A stretch of DNA of 64,000 bases from a virus (IMGVR_UViG_3300032298_000575:6005-70004), one strand, 5' to 3'; counted from the stretch's first letter, positions 16,808-27,495 are shown. The notes: generated by a model from the sequence alone, not told the origin. Made by a program: numbers and translations.

Positions 16808-17390
16808 GTTTGTCATTGAGCCAGCACCACGAGGGGAAAGTGTAACCCTCGCTGACCTTCTGGGCCACATCCTGCGGCAACCAGATCTTCGCCTTGATCG
16901 CGCAACCGCAGACCCCGCATTGGTTGAGCCGTGAAGCATGTGCCGTGGTCCGTGCACCGATCAGCTTGAAGAGCCATTCGGCCAAACCCTTGCACCGCCA
17001 GCATCCCTTGACCGTTGTGTTCAGGGGACATGAGGCACAGAGCGCGGCCCGGCGTTCGGCTTCGGTCTGATCGACGAGGCCCCTCCCCGCGAGTGCGGAG
17101 ACCGCGGCTTGGATGAAACGCTTAACATCCTCCATCGTGAAGTGGGTCTTGAGCGCATAGTCACCCTCGATGACGTGACTACAACTCTCGCTGCCGACCG
17201 GAAGCTGGGCACAGACAAAGTCTTGGATGTCGGCCGAGGGATCGCCAACTGCGATACCATTGGCCTCGCGATGGGAGGTCACCTTCTTGACCAGTTCCCG
17301 CAAGGTCGAAGCGGCAAACTCGAAGCCCGTTTCCGGTTGGACGTAACGCCAACCGCCGGGCGGGGTCACGCTGGTATCGGTTACTATCAT
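16770..17390 (-). CDS. Cys-rich (zinc-binding) late protein
   Basis: CASCP, CWRC, CGVCGC, WCW motifs; last gene of the late region. Confidence 0.75.
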   Translation of the reverse strand: MIVTDTSVTPPGGWRYVQPETGFEFAASTLRELVKKVTSHREANGIAVGDPSADIQDFVCAQLPVGSESCSHVIEGDYALKTHFTMEDVKRFIQAAVSALAGRGLVDQTEAERRAALCASCPLNTTVKGCWRCKGLAEWLFKLIGARTTAHASRLNQCGVCGCAIKAKIWLPQDVAQKVSEGYTFPSWCWLNDKPLSTGIEPVSQP

Positions 17391-17393
17391 CGA

Positions 17394-20300
17394 TCAGCGA
17401 GGACGGACTTCGCGGGGCGCGGCCGAGCGGCGGGCTTGGTTGTAGGCCGAGATGCGGTCGCTCTTACCACGGGCGCGAACCAAGTCGAGGCTCTGCTCGC
17501 TCGCGTTGTAAGGTTTGTAGATTCCGGTGGTCACCATCTTGATGGTGTCGCCGCCGAGACCTCCGTCGCGGAGGATCGCCTTGGCCCGCTGCACGGGAAC
17601 CCCGAGGCGGATGGCGGCGAGGTAGTCCCTGCGGATTGAGTCGATCAGGCTGCGGCGGGCAGCGTTGGAACGCTCGTATCCGTCGACCACATCGCCGGCC
17701 GAGCGGGTTCCTTGGGCGGTGAACTCACGGTTAAAGAGGGCCGAGGCATCACGTATTTCCCGCATGAAGCGGGAAGACTTGAACTGAAGTGCCTGTTGCG
17801 CGTCGACCGAGGAGACACGCTGACCAGCCACCACGCTGCCGATTTCGTTGAAGAGGTTATAGGCGCGGCCCGTCTCACTCTCGATACCGAAGGCGGCTTT
17901 ACCGATCCGCTCGACACTGTTCACGGTGCCGGGGATGAAGGGATCGTAGAAGATCTTGCGGGCCACGCTCAGACCGATGTTCGCTCCGGTGTCCTGCGGG
18001 TTGTAGACCTGACGGCCGGCCGCGTCACGGTTACGCATCACATCCATGATTGCTCCAGAGAAGATCTGCTCGCTCGTGAAAGGATCGAGAGCCTGGCGCA
18101 CCATGTCCATCGTGCCTTTGAGGAGAATATCGTCGGCGCTGTCGGCGTTACGCAGCGATCGCATGAACGCATACAGAGGCTTTTTGAAATACTCGTAGGG
18201 GTCGAGGAAGCTGACATCGACGAAGTCGACTTCACCGTTTTCCTTACGGAAGAGAAGAAGCTGGCTGTTCTTCTGCCAGTCGGGCAAGAAGCGGCGGAGG
18301 TCTTCCTCATCCTCTCCGGAGATGCCCGCCATTGCCATCGAAGCGGAACCCACGGCAAGGGGAAGAAAAGCGGCGGTCGTCATACCACGGACACGCTTCC
18401 AGCCGATCGCTTCGAGTTCCTTGTTGCCCGTAGCGCGGCCCTCCATGATTTCTTGGCGGGCCAGCTTTTGCAGATTGTAAGTGGTGCGGATAACTTCGCT
18501 CGTGAAGGTCACGAACGGCGCGATGAAGGGGAACTTCTTGAGATCCTGCACGATGGATGGGGCCAGCGAGTAGGTCCAGTGGATGTCACGGGCGATCTCC
18601 GCGGCTTTCTCTTTGACCTTGTTATCGTCCCAGTCGGGATAGGCTTGGCGGTATTTGTCCTGCTCGGCCTCGTAGATCATCACCTTGAACCAGTCGTCAC
18701 CGGAGGAGTAAGTGCGGACGGCAAAGTCGGTCACTTTCTTGAAAGGCTCACCGACCTTATTCCAAACATAGTCACCCCAATCAGGACTTCCGGCGCGGCG
18801 GCTGGCCGTGAGGAGATCTTCAAGGAGTCCGGTGGTGATCGACTCACCGACAATGCCGCGACTAATATAGTCGTCGATTTTGGTCCGCCACTCGGCACGG
18901 CTCATGTTGCGGTATTTGCCGAACGTGTTGGCCAAGACGGTGTCATTAGAATTTTTGAACCTCTGCCAGAAGTCGCTGCCCGGGGCGATATCACCCAGAC
19001 CCAAGTTACCCGTCGCCACCAAGTTCAAGTAGTTACCCAAGTAGTTACGGATCTGGGACGCTACCGATCCGACCGTCTTGGTCGCCATCGAGATGCCCGT
19101 CAGCTTCATGGCCGACCGCAACCACCAGTAATGCTCTTCGGCTCCCCCGACAGGGAACATCTTGAAGAGACCCTCGGCCAGCATCGGGTGGGCATACATG
19201 CCACCGAGCGGTGTCAGTGAAGGGTTCTTCTCGGTCGAGATCCGGACGTAGCCGGGAGGATGGCGGGTGTCGTCGGGATTGTTCTCGCGGCTCCAGAGCC
19301 AGCCCTCTTCGATACCGATGTCACGCAGTTCCTTGAGGAAGTTATCGTTGGCGATGACGCTGGAGAGCTTCATCACCGTCTTGGCGTAGTTGATCTTCGG
19401 ATCTTCGTAGCGTCCCCAGAGGGCTTGGATCTCCGGCGCGATGTTGCCGCGCTGGTAGAACATGCTGAGATTCTTCTGCCCTGGAATACGACCGGAGAGC
19501 ACTTCGATGGTCGGGGCTTCTTGCCCCACGGCGAGATAGCCTTCGAGGAGGTTCTCGACTTCGTCCTCGGTCACCGAATCATTGGCCATCACCAAAGCAT
19601 CCTCACGGGATAGCGTCCGTCCATCCTCGGCGGCAGTGGCGATAAGCTCAGTCGTTTTGTCTTTGACCAAGCTGCTGCTGATGTATTTGCGGGCCGCGTC
19701 CATGACCTTCGGGTCTTTACGCACGCGGTCGGCCCACTGCGGATCGTCAAAGATCGCGTAGCTGCGATTCAGGTAAGTGCCGAGGGCTTCGTCGACCGTG
19801 ATCGCCAAGTCACCATTGACCAAGCCCTCATTCGGCAGACGGCGCGATAGCGATTCGATGTGCGCCGACATCTCGCGGATCGTCGCAGCAAGTTCCTCCG
19901 GCAACTGGGCCAGGGCTTGCGTCTGCTTGTTCTGCTTAAAGTTACGGCGATTGTCGCGGATATACTGGTCGCGTTTCTTGGCCGCGGCGTTGGTCTTTCC
20001 GTTAGCCCGCATCTGCTCGATCTCGGCGATCTGCTCCGAGGTCAACGGGTTGTCCAAGTTACCAAGAGCCGTGTTGATCGTTTCCACTGGCGGTGTCTGG
20101 CCCTTGTAGAATTTCTTCATCTGCCTTTCCAAGAGGCGCGAGAGATCTTGGATGGTCGCGACATCGACCTTGATCGCCATCCGGCTGGAGCGGTAGAGGT
20201 CACCGGCTTTCTTATCGAGAAGCTCATCGACGGCGAACATGCCGCCTTGGGTGATCGTGCCGCCCGTCGGAGTGCGGCGGGTCACCGGACGCCAGACACG

Positions 20301-23300
20301 ACCGCGTGCCACAGAATAGGCTACAGGACCTAGATTAGGTCGCCGATTATTATCCCCCTCAGACTCTCGTCCGAAAAGTCCCTCAGATGCGGCCTTCGCC
20401 GCACTATAGCGAGACATTGTTCGAATTCCGATTCGCTCAGGGTCAAAAGCCCCTCGTCCTTTCTTTTCCTTAGTGAGCGAAGCAAGTCTCTCTCCCGCGA
20501 GTTCTCTACTGAGGGATTTGCTTGATTTGTCGTCGATAAAGCTGTCGGAAGTTGGGTCATATCTCATTGAGACAAGTTCCGGGATAACTTGTTCAACATA
20601 ACTTTTTTCGGCGCGAGTTAGCGCAGCAATTTTTTCTTCAGTTGTCGCTGAGTTCCATAGGTTTCTGCGAGCCGCGACATTCTCGGGGCGATTCGTCGCC
20701 ATCGGAAACGCTCGGGAAAGTTGGTCGTTAGTCGGAATGAAGTGATCTGCGCTGCCGGAACGTAGGGCCGAAGACAGTTGATGGGCGTTGCGACGGTAGT
20801 TTCCAGCAGGGGTGGTTCCTCGGGGATCGGGAACGATGCGAAATCCGTTGTTCAGCGCCCACTGGTAGATCGCTTGATATATGGCAGAAGAGGAGGCAAT
20901 GCCGCCGAAAGAACCGGAGCCGGAGTCGACATAAAAGTCGGTGTCGGTGAGCCGTTTGATTTTGATATTTTTGAAGTCGATAACGTCTTCAGTCGGGACG
21001 ACTCGGTTATTTCCATTTTCGAGGATCTCCACACCATCATTGGTCACACGCAGCACTTCAAAACCCCGCGTCGAGGGTTCGGTAATTGCCGCCGTAGGTA
21101 TGTCCACATCGTCAGGGTCAAGAAATGCCGACTCCGGAATGGCGTCCTCTTTTGGTAAAACTACCGAATCACCTTCGGCCGTAAGCGAGAGAGGCTCTTC
21201 GCTGCCCTCTTTCCACGAGGCGTATTCCACGCGCATCCCTGGAATAATCTGATCTTCTACGGCGATCGCTATCGAGTTGTCGGAGGTGTTGAGGATCCGG
21301 AAGCGGGTCTTGTCTACGGAAGACAATACTGTCACCAAGTCAGTGCTGTCGGACAGAACACGGGGGAACGAGAAAAACCTCTGCTCCATGTCACGGGACA
21401 GTTGCAGCAGGGTTTCGCCTGTTTCCTGCGGAGTCCTCCGGATAGCGACCGACTCCGAGACGGTGTCAGTAAAAGCCGAGTCAGGGATGTCGCTCTCTTT
21501 GGGGAGAACTACGCTGTCGCCTTGCTCCCATTTGTTCACCTCCCATTGGTTTCTGTCGCGTTTCTTTAGTGAGTAGCCTGAAGCGCGAAGCCATTCCTTT
21601 TCGCTTTTCCACAGCTTCCAGAAAGAATGTCCCATCGGAAGCCTGGCTGTTTTGACGCGCTTGAATCCGCGGCGGGTGTTTGCTTCTCTCCATGCTGACC
21701 AATCAAGTCCAAAGCCGTCTTGCTCTTCGAGTTCTTTACTTTGCTCGACAGCCTTTTCTTTTTTCTCTGTTTTCTTTTCAGCCTGTTTCGGTGCTTTAGG
21801 CGATAGATCCTTCGGCTCTTTGGTTTTATTGCGCTTGGTCGTCTTTTGCGGTGTTTGCGCCTCGGCAGCTTCTTGTGGCGCGGGTTCAGGTGTGGCCGAT
21901 GCTTGAGGCTCTATGACGTTTTGCGCTGGGGGCTCTTGCTGTCTCTCAACGGCTTTCTGTCTGCGCTCGGTTTTCCGGCGAGCTTTACGGGCAGCAGCTA
22001 CGGCTGGAGTTGAATTGATTTGGCTCCACTCGGCCAATAAACGATTCCGCTCCTCGGTTGTGCCGGCCAAGTTTTGCTCCTCAATACGTGCATCAATGAA
22101 GGCGCGGATTTCAGCCAACTTGGCTAATTCGTCGGCCATTGCCGTGCGGCGGACTTCAGGGATCGTATATTCACCCAAGTTAAGGTCGGCTCCGGCATTG
22201 GCGAAGGTGACCACCCAAGAATCTTTGAAGGCTTTGGCCAGCGGGGAATTGGGATCGGCTTTGACCCCGGTGATGAATTGAACCAAGGAGTCCCAAGCAT
22301 TCTTCAAAGCCCCGAGCATAGTGACCCTACCTCTGCCTTCGCCGAATCCGAGCCGCACCATGAGGTCGGCCAGTTCCGGATTGCTCGATACCTCGACGAC
22401 AAACTCATCGAGGTTGCGTAGCGAAGCCAAAGCACGATCGCCGTTCTCCACATCAGGAAGACTTAGCCGATAAAGTTGTTCTGACAGTGAGTCTACATCA
22501 TTCGTCAGAGCGGCTAACAGCGGTGTTCGGTTCGCATCGGCGATCAAACCTCTCTGTATTGCAGCGGCGACCACGACTTCGCGGCGAATGCCTTCGAGGC
22601 GGTCGAGAGCTTCTTGCTCGACGCGGTTAAGCGGAATGCGGCGGGCGACTTTCTCCTTGAGGACAACATGCTGAAGCTCGTGCAGCATCGTGTTGACCAC
22701 GCTGTCGCGGTCGTGCACGGCATCCAAATTGATTGTGATGTTGTAGCCGCCACTACCTCCCGTGGTTAGTCCGGCCCATGAGGTATCCGGCCCGAAGCGT
22801 CCGATCTGGATACCGACGTTGTTGAAATCAATTCTACGGGCTCCCCTTCTAAGTCTCGGGTCCAGGTTAATCTCAGGCCGAGCGAGCTTTAAGAACTCCC
22901 GCGCACGGAGGACGATGTCCCGCGGCATCGACCCAGTCGCCGCTACACGATCTAAAAACGTGTTGGCGTCAGCAAATGCGCCACTCTTCAGCAACGCCCC
23001 GAGATTTTCACGGGCCGTGTTGACCGCGTCCCGGTTGGCTTGCTCGGTGGCCAGTTCAGCCGCCGCTCCACGCAGTAGATCCAAACCCGAACGCCGCGCC
23101 AAGTCGGCGACGGATGCCGCCGTGGATCCGATCGCTACGCGATTGGCCAGCGCCTCGGCCGGGTCGCGTTCATTGAGGATGGCTTGCCGGGCGCGATCAA
23201 GCTCGGCATCGGAAAGCGCAGTTAGCTCCGCGTCGGTTAGGCGGGCAAAGGACTGGACGAATCGTCGGGTAGTAGCTCGGGCTCTTGCGCGGACGGCTTG

Positions 23301-26300
23301 GGGGTCAAGAGGTGCTGGAACGCTAGATCCTCCATCGCGCTGAACGGGGCTTCCCTGAACAGTTCCGGCTGCTCCTTGATTAAGTCCGCCCACACGGTCT
23401 GATCTCCGCTGACCACGCGGTCTTGCACCTCCTCGGGCAACTGATTGAGAAGCTCCGGATAATACTTCTCCAGGGCTCGTCCGGCCAGCAGCGACAGCAC
23501 CATCGGTGACGGCGGTGTCTCCTCCTCTTGGGGCGTTGGGGTAGATGTCTTCATAGTTTAGTTCTCCTGATATAAATCGTTCAATTTCACGGGCTCGTCT
23601 ACGTTGAGCCGCATTGAGGCTGCTCTTTTGACCACGAAGAGCCCTTCCGCGTTCATCTTGAAGTAGGGCTCTATTCCTGAGAACGAGGTCCAGATCGTCG
23701 TCATTGATCTGAAGAAGGCGGTCGCGGCCTTGCTCCAATGCGTCTTGGACATCACCCTCTTCGGAAGCGGCGACGGCACCTTCCTCTGTCTGTTGGTTAT
23801 CGTCCTCCGGAAGTTCAACTTGCCCGACTTCGGCTTCCCGCGTCTCTGGCACCCGCTCTAATTCCCCAGTCACCGCGGCTTGCCGCGTCTCGGTGTCGAC
23901 GGGGGTTTGGCGAGTCGCAGATTGTTCAGCCTCTCGGTCGGTCATATTGACCGTAGGATCATTGCTCTCTTGGCGGCGGATCGTCCGCTTGGCCGAGAAG
24001 GCTGCACGGGTCGCAATACCGATTGGATTGAACCGCCCAAGACGGCGGTAACGGTCGGCTACTTGGTTGATAGCGCGAACGACATCGCCTTTTGCGTTAC
24101 CTTTGAGCCCTTCCGTAAATTCTTTTTCGAGGATTGTCTTGGCCTTGTTGAGCATTCCCGATGTGCCCTTTTCAATGCGGCCGAGGATTTGCTTCTCGAT
24201 GTCCTCGCGGGATTTTCCGGCAAGCGCCTGACCCTCCAAGAAGTTTTCCAAGTCATCAAAGGCTTGCTTCTGCACCTCGTTCGGTGTCTTAGCCAGATTA
24301 CGCTGCGAAGCGCCGAGTTTCTCCAGCGAACGCTCGGGACTTTGTTGCCGCACGCTGCCGAGAGCTTTTCCGGTTAGGCGATTGACCCGCGTCTGGGCCG
24401 ACCGGATTTCCTTTGAGCCGCGCACGTCGCCATAGATCGAGGAGAGAGCTTTGTCTTTGGCCTGCGCCAGTTCTTCAGCCCGAAGTTCAGCCAAGATCTC
24501 TGTCAACCGCTTGGCAATTTGATCGCGCCCCTCCGCACGAAACGGTGCTCCCCGGCTGGTGCGGGCAGCTTTTTCGTAGGCCAAAACGACTTTGTCTTGC
24601 GCCATTTGCTGTGCCAAACGCTTTTCATTTTCCGGAAGATTGGAGTCCTCCAAGAAGTCGGTCGCCCTCTGGAAGTCGTCTTGGTAGAACATGTTCTCCA
24701 CCGCATCGAGCTTGGCGATGTTGCCAGCCACACGGCGCAGTTGTTCTTCAAGTGGCCCACCTTGGCGCGTTTCAGCCGCTTGTCTACCGGCTTCGCTCAT
24801 CGCTATGCGTTCGGGCGCGTTGCGATAGATTTCATCGAAAAGCCACAATCCACGCCTCTTCGATTTACCACCGCGAGAAGTCAATGGAAGGTCGACTGAA
24901 AAATCATCAGGTGTTTTACCGCGGCGGTAAGTGCGGCCCCAGAGATTGACCGCGGTCACAATGTTTTTACGACCACCTTTCTTATTGCTGACCGATTCAA
25001 CTTGAATGTCCGGACTAAGGTCGGCCAACTGGTCATCTGGCACCTCGACGCCAAGACCTTCGTTCATCTGGAATACCGTCGTCAGTGGCGAGTTTGTGAA
25101 CTTGCCTTTGAATGTCGGAATGACTGTGCCCTTCTCACCCTTTTTGTTGAACCATCTCACCAGAACGGGGATCGGCCCGCTACCCATCCGGTTGCTGATC
25201 GTTGTTTCTTGCGGAGCCCCTGCCCCCGTGAATGGAGATCCTAGGGCTTGTCCAGCAGAACGCTTGTCGGGATTCGTTCCGAGCAATTCACGCATCGTCT
25301 CTTCGAACGGACTGACCAACGGTCGCGACTCCGGCGGTGGGGCCAAGCTGATGCGATTGAATTTATCAGGGGTTATATCGATCCGCTGCACGGGACCGAC
25401 TAATGTTTCGCCGCGTGCCCTTTGTTCTGCGCTCGCTTCCGCCGAGCGTGGAGAGAGCCTTGCCACTTTGAACACGGCATTGCCGCTCGGCCGGCGCTTT
25501 ACAAATACCCCCGTGGTTTCGGAAAAGTTGTCGTCGCCAATATCTCCGGAGACAATACTGACCCGATCGCCGGGGTTAAGACCGTCAACGAATTGTTTTG
25601 TTTCGTCGGGTTTACGGGCAATGATGCGACCCCACTGAAGCATTCGCTCGTTGATTTTTCTTTCGCGGGAGTTTTCTGCATCGGCCCGCTTGCGCTGGAA
25701 CAATGCACCGAATGGACTTTGTCCCGTCCTTTCAGCTTCAGTATAAATGTCGTCGATGGCCCGCGCCGATTCTTCGGCGGACTTTATCGGCTGACCCATA
25801 CCAAGATCTCGGCGCTGGGGCTCTTCACCGATGGCCAACCCCTCACGGACTTCTTGAAGCTCCGCATCCTCACCTAACTCATCTTCGTCATCGGCGATTT
25901 GATTTGTTTCCTCACCAGCTAAATCATCGGTGGTCTGCCCTTCAGAAACTTCGTTTAAGGCACTCTCCGCTTCCTCAATAAGCCAAGCGTTTTGCTCGCC
26001 AGCCGCACTACGCAGCACCACGACATTCGATCCGTCTTCAAGCGTATTGCGCGGGGCCGCGGGGTCCAGATCGTCCGGAGGATTGATCGCCGCCCAGATA
26101 CCCGAGGCACTCTTACGCATGGTGATTCCGCCGACATCGACGGGCTGCGACCACTGTCCGGGTAAAGCAGCACCAGGTTCAGCCGGAGCCTGATCTGCCT
26201 GACGAGGAGGCAACTGCCGCAACTTCTCCGCCGTCTGCGGAGCCAGTGCTTCGATGACACTGCCAGCGCCACCGAGACCGCCACCGACCGTGGCTCCAGC

Positions 26301-27464
26301 CACCGCGGCGATCTGACGTTCACGTTCGGCTTCGGGGGTGCCGACAACTTCTTCGATCGTGCGATTGGGGTCCGCCGCACCGAGAGCGGCTTGCTCCAAT
26401 CCGGTCTGCACATACTCGGTGCCACCTTCCAAGGTTGTCGCAGCAGGAAGACCAACGCCCACGCTTCGGGCCACACGGCCAGGGAACGAGATACCCGTCG
26501 CCGTATCGACACCCTCTGCCGCCGCCCGTCCCGCCCTCGTGAAAGGCTTGAGAAACTTTCCGGCAATAAAGACTTCACCGAGCGTATCGAGTGCAGCCCC
26601 AGGAACAGCAAAAGCTGCCGCTGCCAAGGCATCCCCTTCACCCGTCTCTTGGGCAATCTGACCGAAGCTCCCTCCCGCGATCTGACCGAAGTTGGCGAGG
26701 TAAGCACCCGCGATACCGCCACGGGCTGCGGCTTGCCCTTCCCGCATGAGCGCACCTTGGGCCACCTGCTCGGCGACCTCTTTGGCCGCTTGTTTGGTTA
26801 CCTCACCACGAGCCGTAATCTCTGCCGCCTTATTGGCAAACTCCCGTCCGGCCATCCCTGCCGCCACCCGCTTGCCAACTTCATTGGCCACGATCCGCTT
26901 GGCCAAAGCCCTACCAGCAAACCCGCCGATGCCGCCACCAACCGCCGAAGCGAGCAACTGCGGAATCTGCTCACCCAAGAGCCCTGCCGCGTAGGTCGCC
27001 GCATCCCCTGCCCCCTCGATTTCCTCGAAGGGATCCTGCACTGTAGCTTGATTCAGCGCGGCCTCCTCCATCTTACGGACGTAATTATCCAGCCCGAACT
27101 CCTCGATTCCCTCCACCCCGAGTGCCTGCCCCATGAGCCCGACCAACCCGTAGCCGAGACCTTGGGTCTGGTCGGTTCCTCTGGCTAATCCCGTTGAGAA
27201 CTCCTCACTAAGAGTTCTCGGGGTGCGGTATTCAGGTGTTTGAAATGCTCCTACCGAAGCCAGTGCGTCCTCGATCGCAATAGCACCCTCTTCATCTTCG
27301 GCTTCCTGCTCGGCCGGACGGTTATCCAAACTGGCAAACGACTCGGGCTGAGTAGCAAAATCGAGCCGCGGCTCGGAGGCGGCTACCGCCTCGTTGTCTT
27401 CTTCGTCTTCGAGAGGCTCGTTGGCTACAGCCAGAAGCCTCTTAATTTCATCTGCGGCAAGCAT
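17394..27464 (-). CDS. Giant polyvalent / ejected internal virion protein (3356 aa)
   Basis: Single uninterrupted ORF; Gly/Ala-rich hydrophobic N-terminus, MLHELQH zincin motif, LPD38-like C-terminus (PFIAPF..F, LPDWQKN); ejectosome position. Confidence 0.8.
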   Translation of the reverse strand: MLAADEIKRLLAVANEPLEDEEDNEAVAASEPRLDFATQPESFASLDNRPAEQEAEDEEGAIAIEDALASVGAFQTPEYRTPRTLSEEFSTGLARGTDQTQGLGYGLVGLMGQALGVEGIEEFGLDNYVRKMEEAALNQATVQDPFEEIEGAGDAATYAAGLLGEQIPQLLASAVGGGIGGFAGRALAKRIVANEVGKRVAAGMAGREFANKAAEITARGEVTKQAAKEVAEQVAQGALMREGQAAARGGIAGAYLANFGQIAGGSFGQIAQETGEGDALAAAAFAVPGAALDTLGEVFIAGKFLKPFTRAGRAAAEGVDTATGISFPGRVARSVGVGLPAATTLEGGTEYVQTGLEQAALGAADPNRTIEEVVGTPEAERERQIAAVAGATVGGGLGGAGSVIEALAPQTAEKLRQLPPRQADQAPAEPGAALPGQWSQPVDVGGITMRKSASGIWAAINPPDDLDPAAPRNTLEDGSNVVVLRSAAGEQNAWLIEEAESALNEVSEGQTTDDLAGEETNQIADDEDELGEDAELQEVREGLAIGEEPQRRDLGMGQPIKSAEESARAIDDIYTEAERTGQSPFGALFQRKRADAENSRERKINERMLQWGRIIARKPDETKQFVDGLNPGDRVSIVSGDIGDDNFSETTGVFVKRRPSGNAVFKVARLSPRSAEASAEQRARGETLVGPVQRIDITPDKFNRISLAPPPESRPLVSPFEETMRELLGTNPDKRSAGQALGSPFTGAGAPQETTISNRMGSGPIPVLVRWFNKKGEKGTVIPTFKGKFTNSPLTTVFQMNEGLGVEVPDDQLADLSPDIQVESVSNKKGGRKNIVTAVNLWGRTYRRGKTPDDFSVDLPLTSRGGKSKRRGLWLFDEIYRNAPERIAMSEAGRQAAETRQGGPLEEQLRRVAGNIAKLDAVENMFYQDDFQRATDFLEDSNLPENEKRLAQQMAQDKVVLAYEKAARTSRGAPFRAEGRDQIAKRLTEILAELRAEELAQAKDKALSSIYGDVRGSKEIRSAQTRVNRLTGKALGSVRQQSPERSLEKLGASQRNLAKTPNEVQKQAFDDLENFLEGQALAGKSREDIEKQILGRIEKGTSGMLNKAKTILEKEFTEGLKGNAKGDVVRAINQVADRYRRLGRFNPIGIATRAAFSAKRTIRRQESNDPTVNMTDREAEQSATRQTPVDTETRQAAVTGELERVPETREAEVGQVELPEDDNQQTEEGAVAASEEGDVQDALEQGRDRLLQINDDDLDLVLRNRALLQDERGRALRGQKSSLNAAQRRRAREIERFISGELNYEDIYPNAPRGGDTAVTDGAVAAGRTSPGEVLSGASQSVARGGARPRGQRRSDRVGGLNQGAAGTVQGSPVQRDGGSSVPAPLDPQAVRARARATTRRFVQSFARLTDAELTALSDAELDRARQAILNERDPAEALANRVAIGSTAASVADLARRSGLDLLRGAAAELATEQANRDAVNTARENLGALLKSGAFADANTFLDRVAATGSMPRDIVLRAREFLKLARPEINLDPRLRRGARRIDFNNVGIQIGRFGPDTSWAGLTTGGSGGYNITINLDAVHDRDSVVNTMLHELQHVVLKEKVARRIPLNRVEQEALDRLEGIRREVVVAAAIQRGLIADANRTPLLAALTNDVDSLSEQLYRLSLPDVENGDRALASLRNLDEFVVEVSSNPELADLMVRLGFGEGRGRVTMLGALKNAWDSLVQFITGVKADPNSPLAKAFKDSWVVTFANAGADLNLGEYTIPEVRRTAMADELAKLAEIRAFIDARIEEQNLAGTTEERNRLLAEWSQINSTPAVAAARKARRKTERRQKAVERQQEPPAQNVIEPQASATPEPAPQEAAEAQTPQKTTKRNKTKEPKDLSPKAPKQAEKKTEKKEKAVEQSKELEEQDGFGLDWSAWREANTRRGFKRVKTARLPMGHSFWKLWKSEKEWLRASGYSLKKRDRNQWEVNKWEQGDSVVLPKESDIPDSAFTDTVSESVAIRRTPQETGETLLQLSRDMEQRFFSFPRVLSDSTDLVTVLSSVDKTRFRILNTSDNSIAIAVEDQIIPGMRVEYASWKEGSEEPLSLTAEGDSVVLPKEDAIPESAFLDPDDVDIPTAAITEPSTRGFEVLRVTNDGVEILENGNNRVVPTEDVIDFKNIKIKRLTDTDFYVDSGSGSFGGIASSSAIYQAIYQWALNNGFRIVPDPRGTTPAGNYRRNAHQLSSALRSGSADHFIPTNDQLSRAFPMATNRPENVAARRNLWNSATTEEKIAALTRAEKSYVEQVIPELVSMRYDPTSDSFIDDKSSKSLSRELAGERLASLTKEKKGRGAFDPERIGIRTMSRYSAAKAASEGLFGRESEGDNNRRPNLGPVAYSVARGRVWRPVTRRTPTGGTITQGGMFAVDELLDKKAGDLYRSSRMAIKVDVATIQDLSRLLERQMKKFYKGQTPPVETINTALGNLDNPLTSEQIAEIEQMRANGKTNAAAKKRDQYIRDNRRNFKQNKQTQALAQLPEELAATIREMSAHIESLSRRLPNEGLVNGDLAITVDEALGTYLNRSYAIFDDPQWADRVRKDPKVMDAARKYISSSLVKDKTTELIATAAEDGRTLSREDALVMANDSVTEDEVENLLEGYLAVGQEAPTIEVLSGRIPGQKNLSMFYQRGNIAPEIQALWGRYEDPKINYAKTVMKLSSVIANDNFLKELRDIGIEEGWLWSRENNPDDTRHPPGYVRISTEKNPSLTPLGGMYAHPMLAEGLFKMFPVGGAEEHYWWLRSAMKLTGISMATKTVGSVASQIRNYLGNYLNLVATGNLGLGDIAPGSDFWQRFKNSNDTVLANTFGKYRNMSRAEWRTKIDDYISRGIVGESITTGLLEDLLTASRRAGSPDWGDYVWNKVGEPFKKVTDFAVRTYSSGDDWFKVMIYEAEQDKYRQAYPDWDDNKVKEKAAEIARDIHWTYSLAPSIVQDLKKFPFIAPFVTFTSEVIRTTYNLQKLARQEIMEGRATGNKELEAIGWKRVRGMTTAAFLPLAVGSASMAMAGISGEDEEDLRRFLPDWQKNSQLLLFRKENGEVDFVDVSFLDPYEYFKKPLYAFMRSLRNADSADDILLKGTMDMVRQALDPFTSEQIFSGAIMDVMRNRDAAGRQVYNPQDTGANIGLSVARKIFYDPFIPGTVNSVERIGKAAFGIESETGRAYNLFNEIGSVVAGQRVSSVDAQQALQFKSSRFMREIRDASALFNREFTAQGTRSAGDVVDGYERSNAARRSLIDSIRRDYLAAIRLGVPVQRAKAILRDGGLGGDTIKMVTTGIYKPYNASEQSLDLVRARGKSDRISAYNQARRSAAPREVRPR

Positions 27465-27495
27465 CCGTTAATATAGCGCACTAAGACGCCATCTT

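Noticed and set aside
17712-19220. 502-aa + strand ORF, and similar long ORFs at 39912-41312, 49903-50901 and 5404-6276
   Set aside because: Antisense shadows of well-supported genes, expected in GC-rich coding DNA; no motifs or RBS
17394-27464. Virion RNA polymerase (N4-like or crAss-like) as identity of the giant ORF
   Set aside because: I could not find DxDGD or single-subunit RNA polymerase motifs; the features fit a polyvalent ejected protein better, although a profile search is needed to be sure
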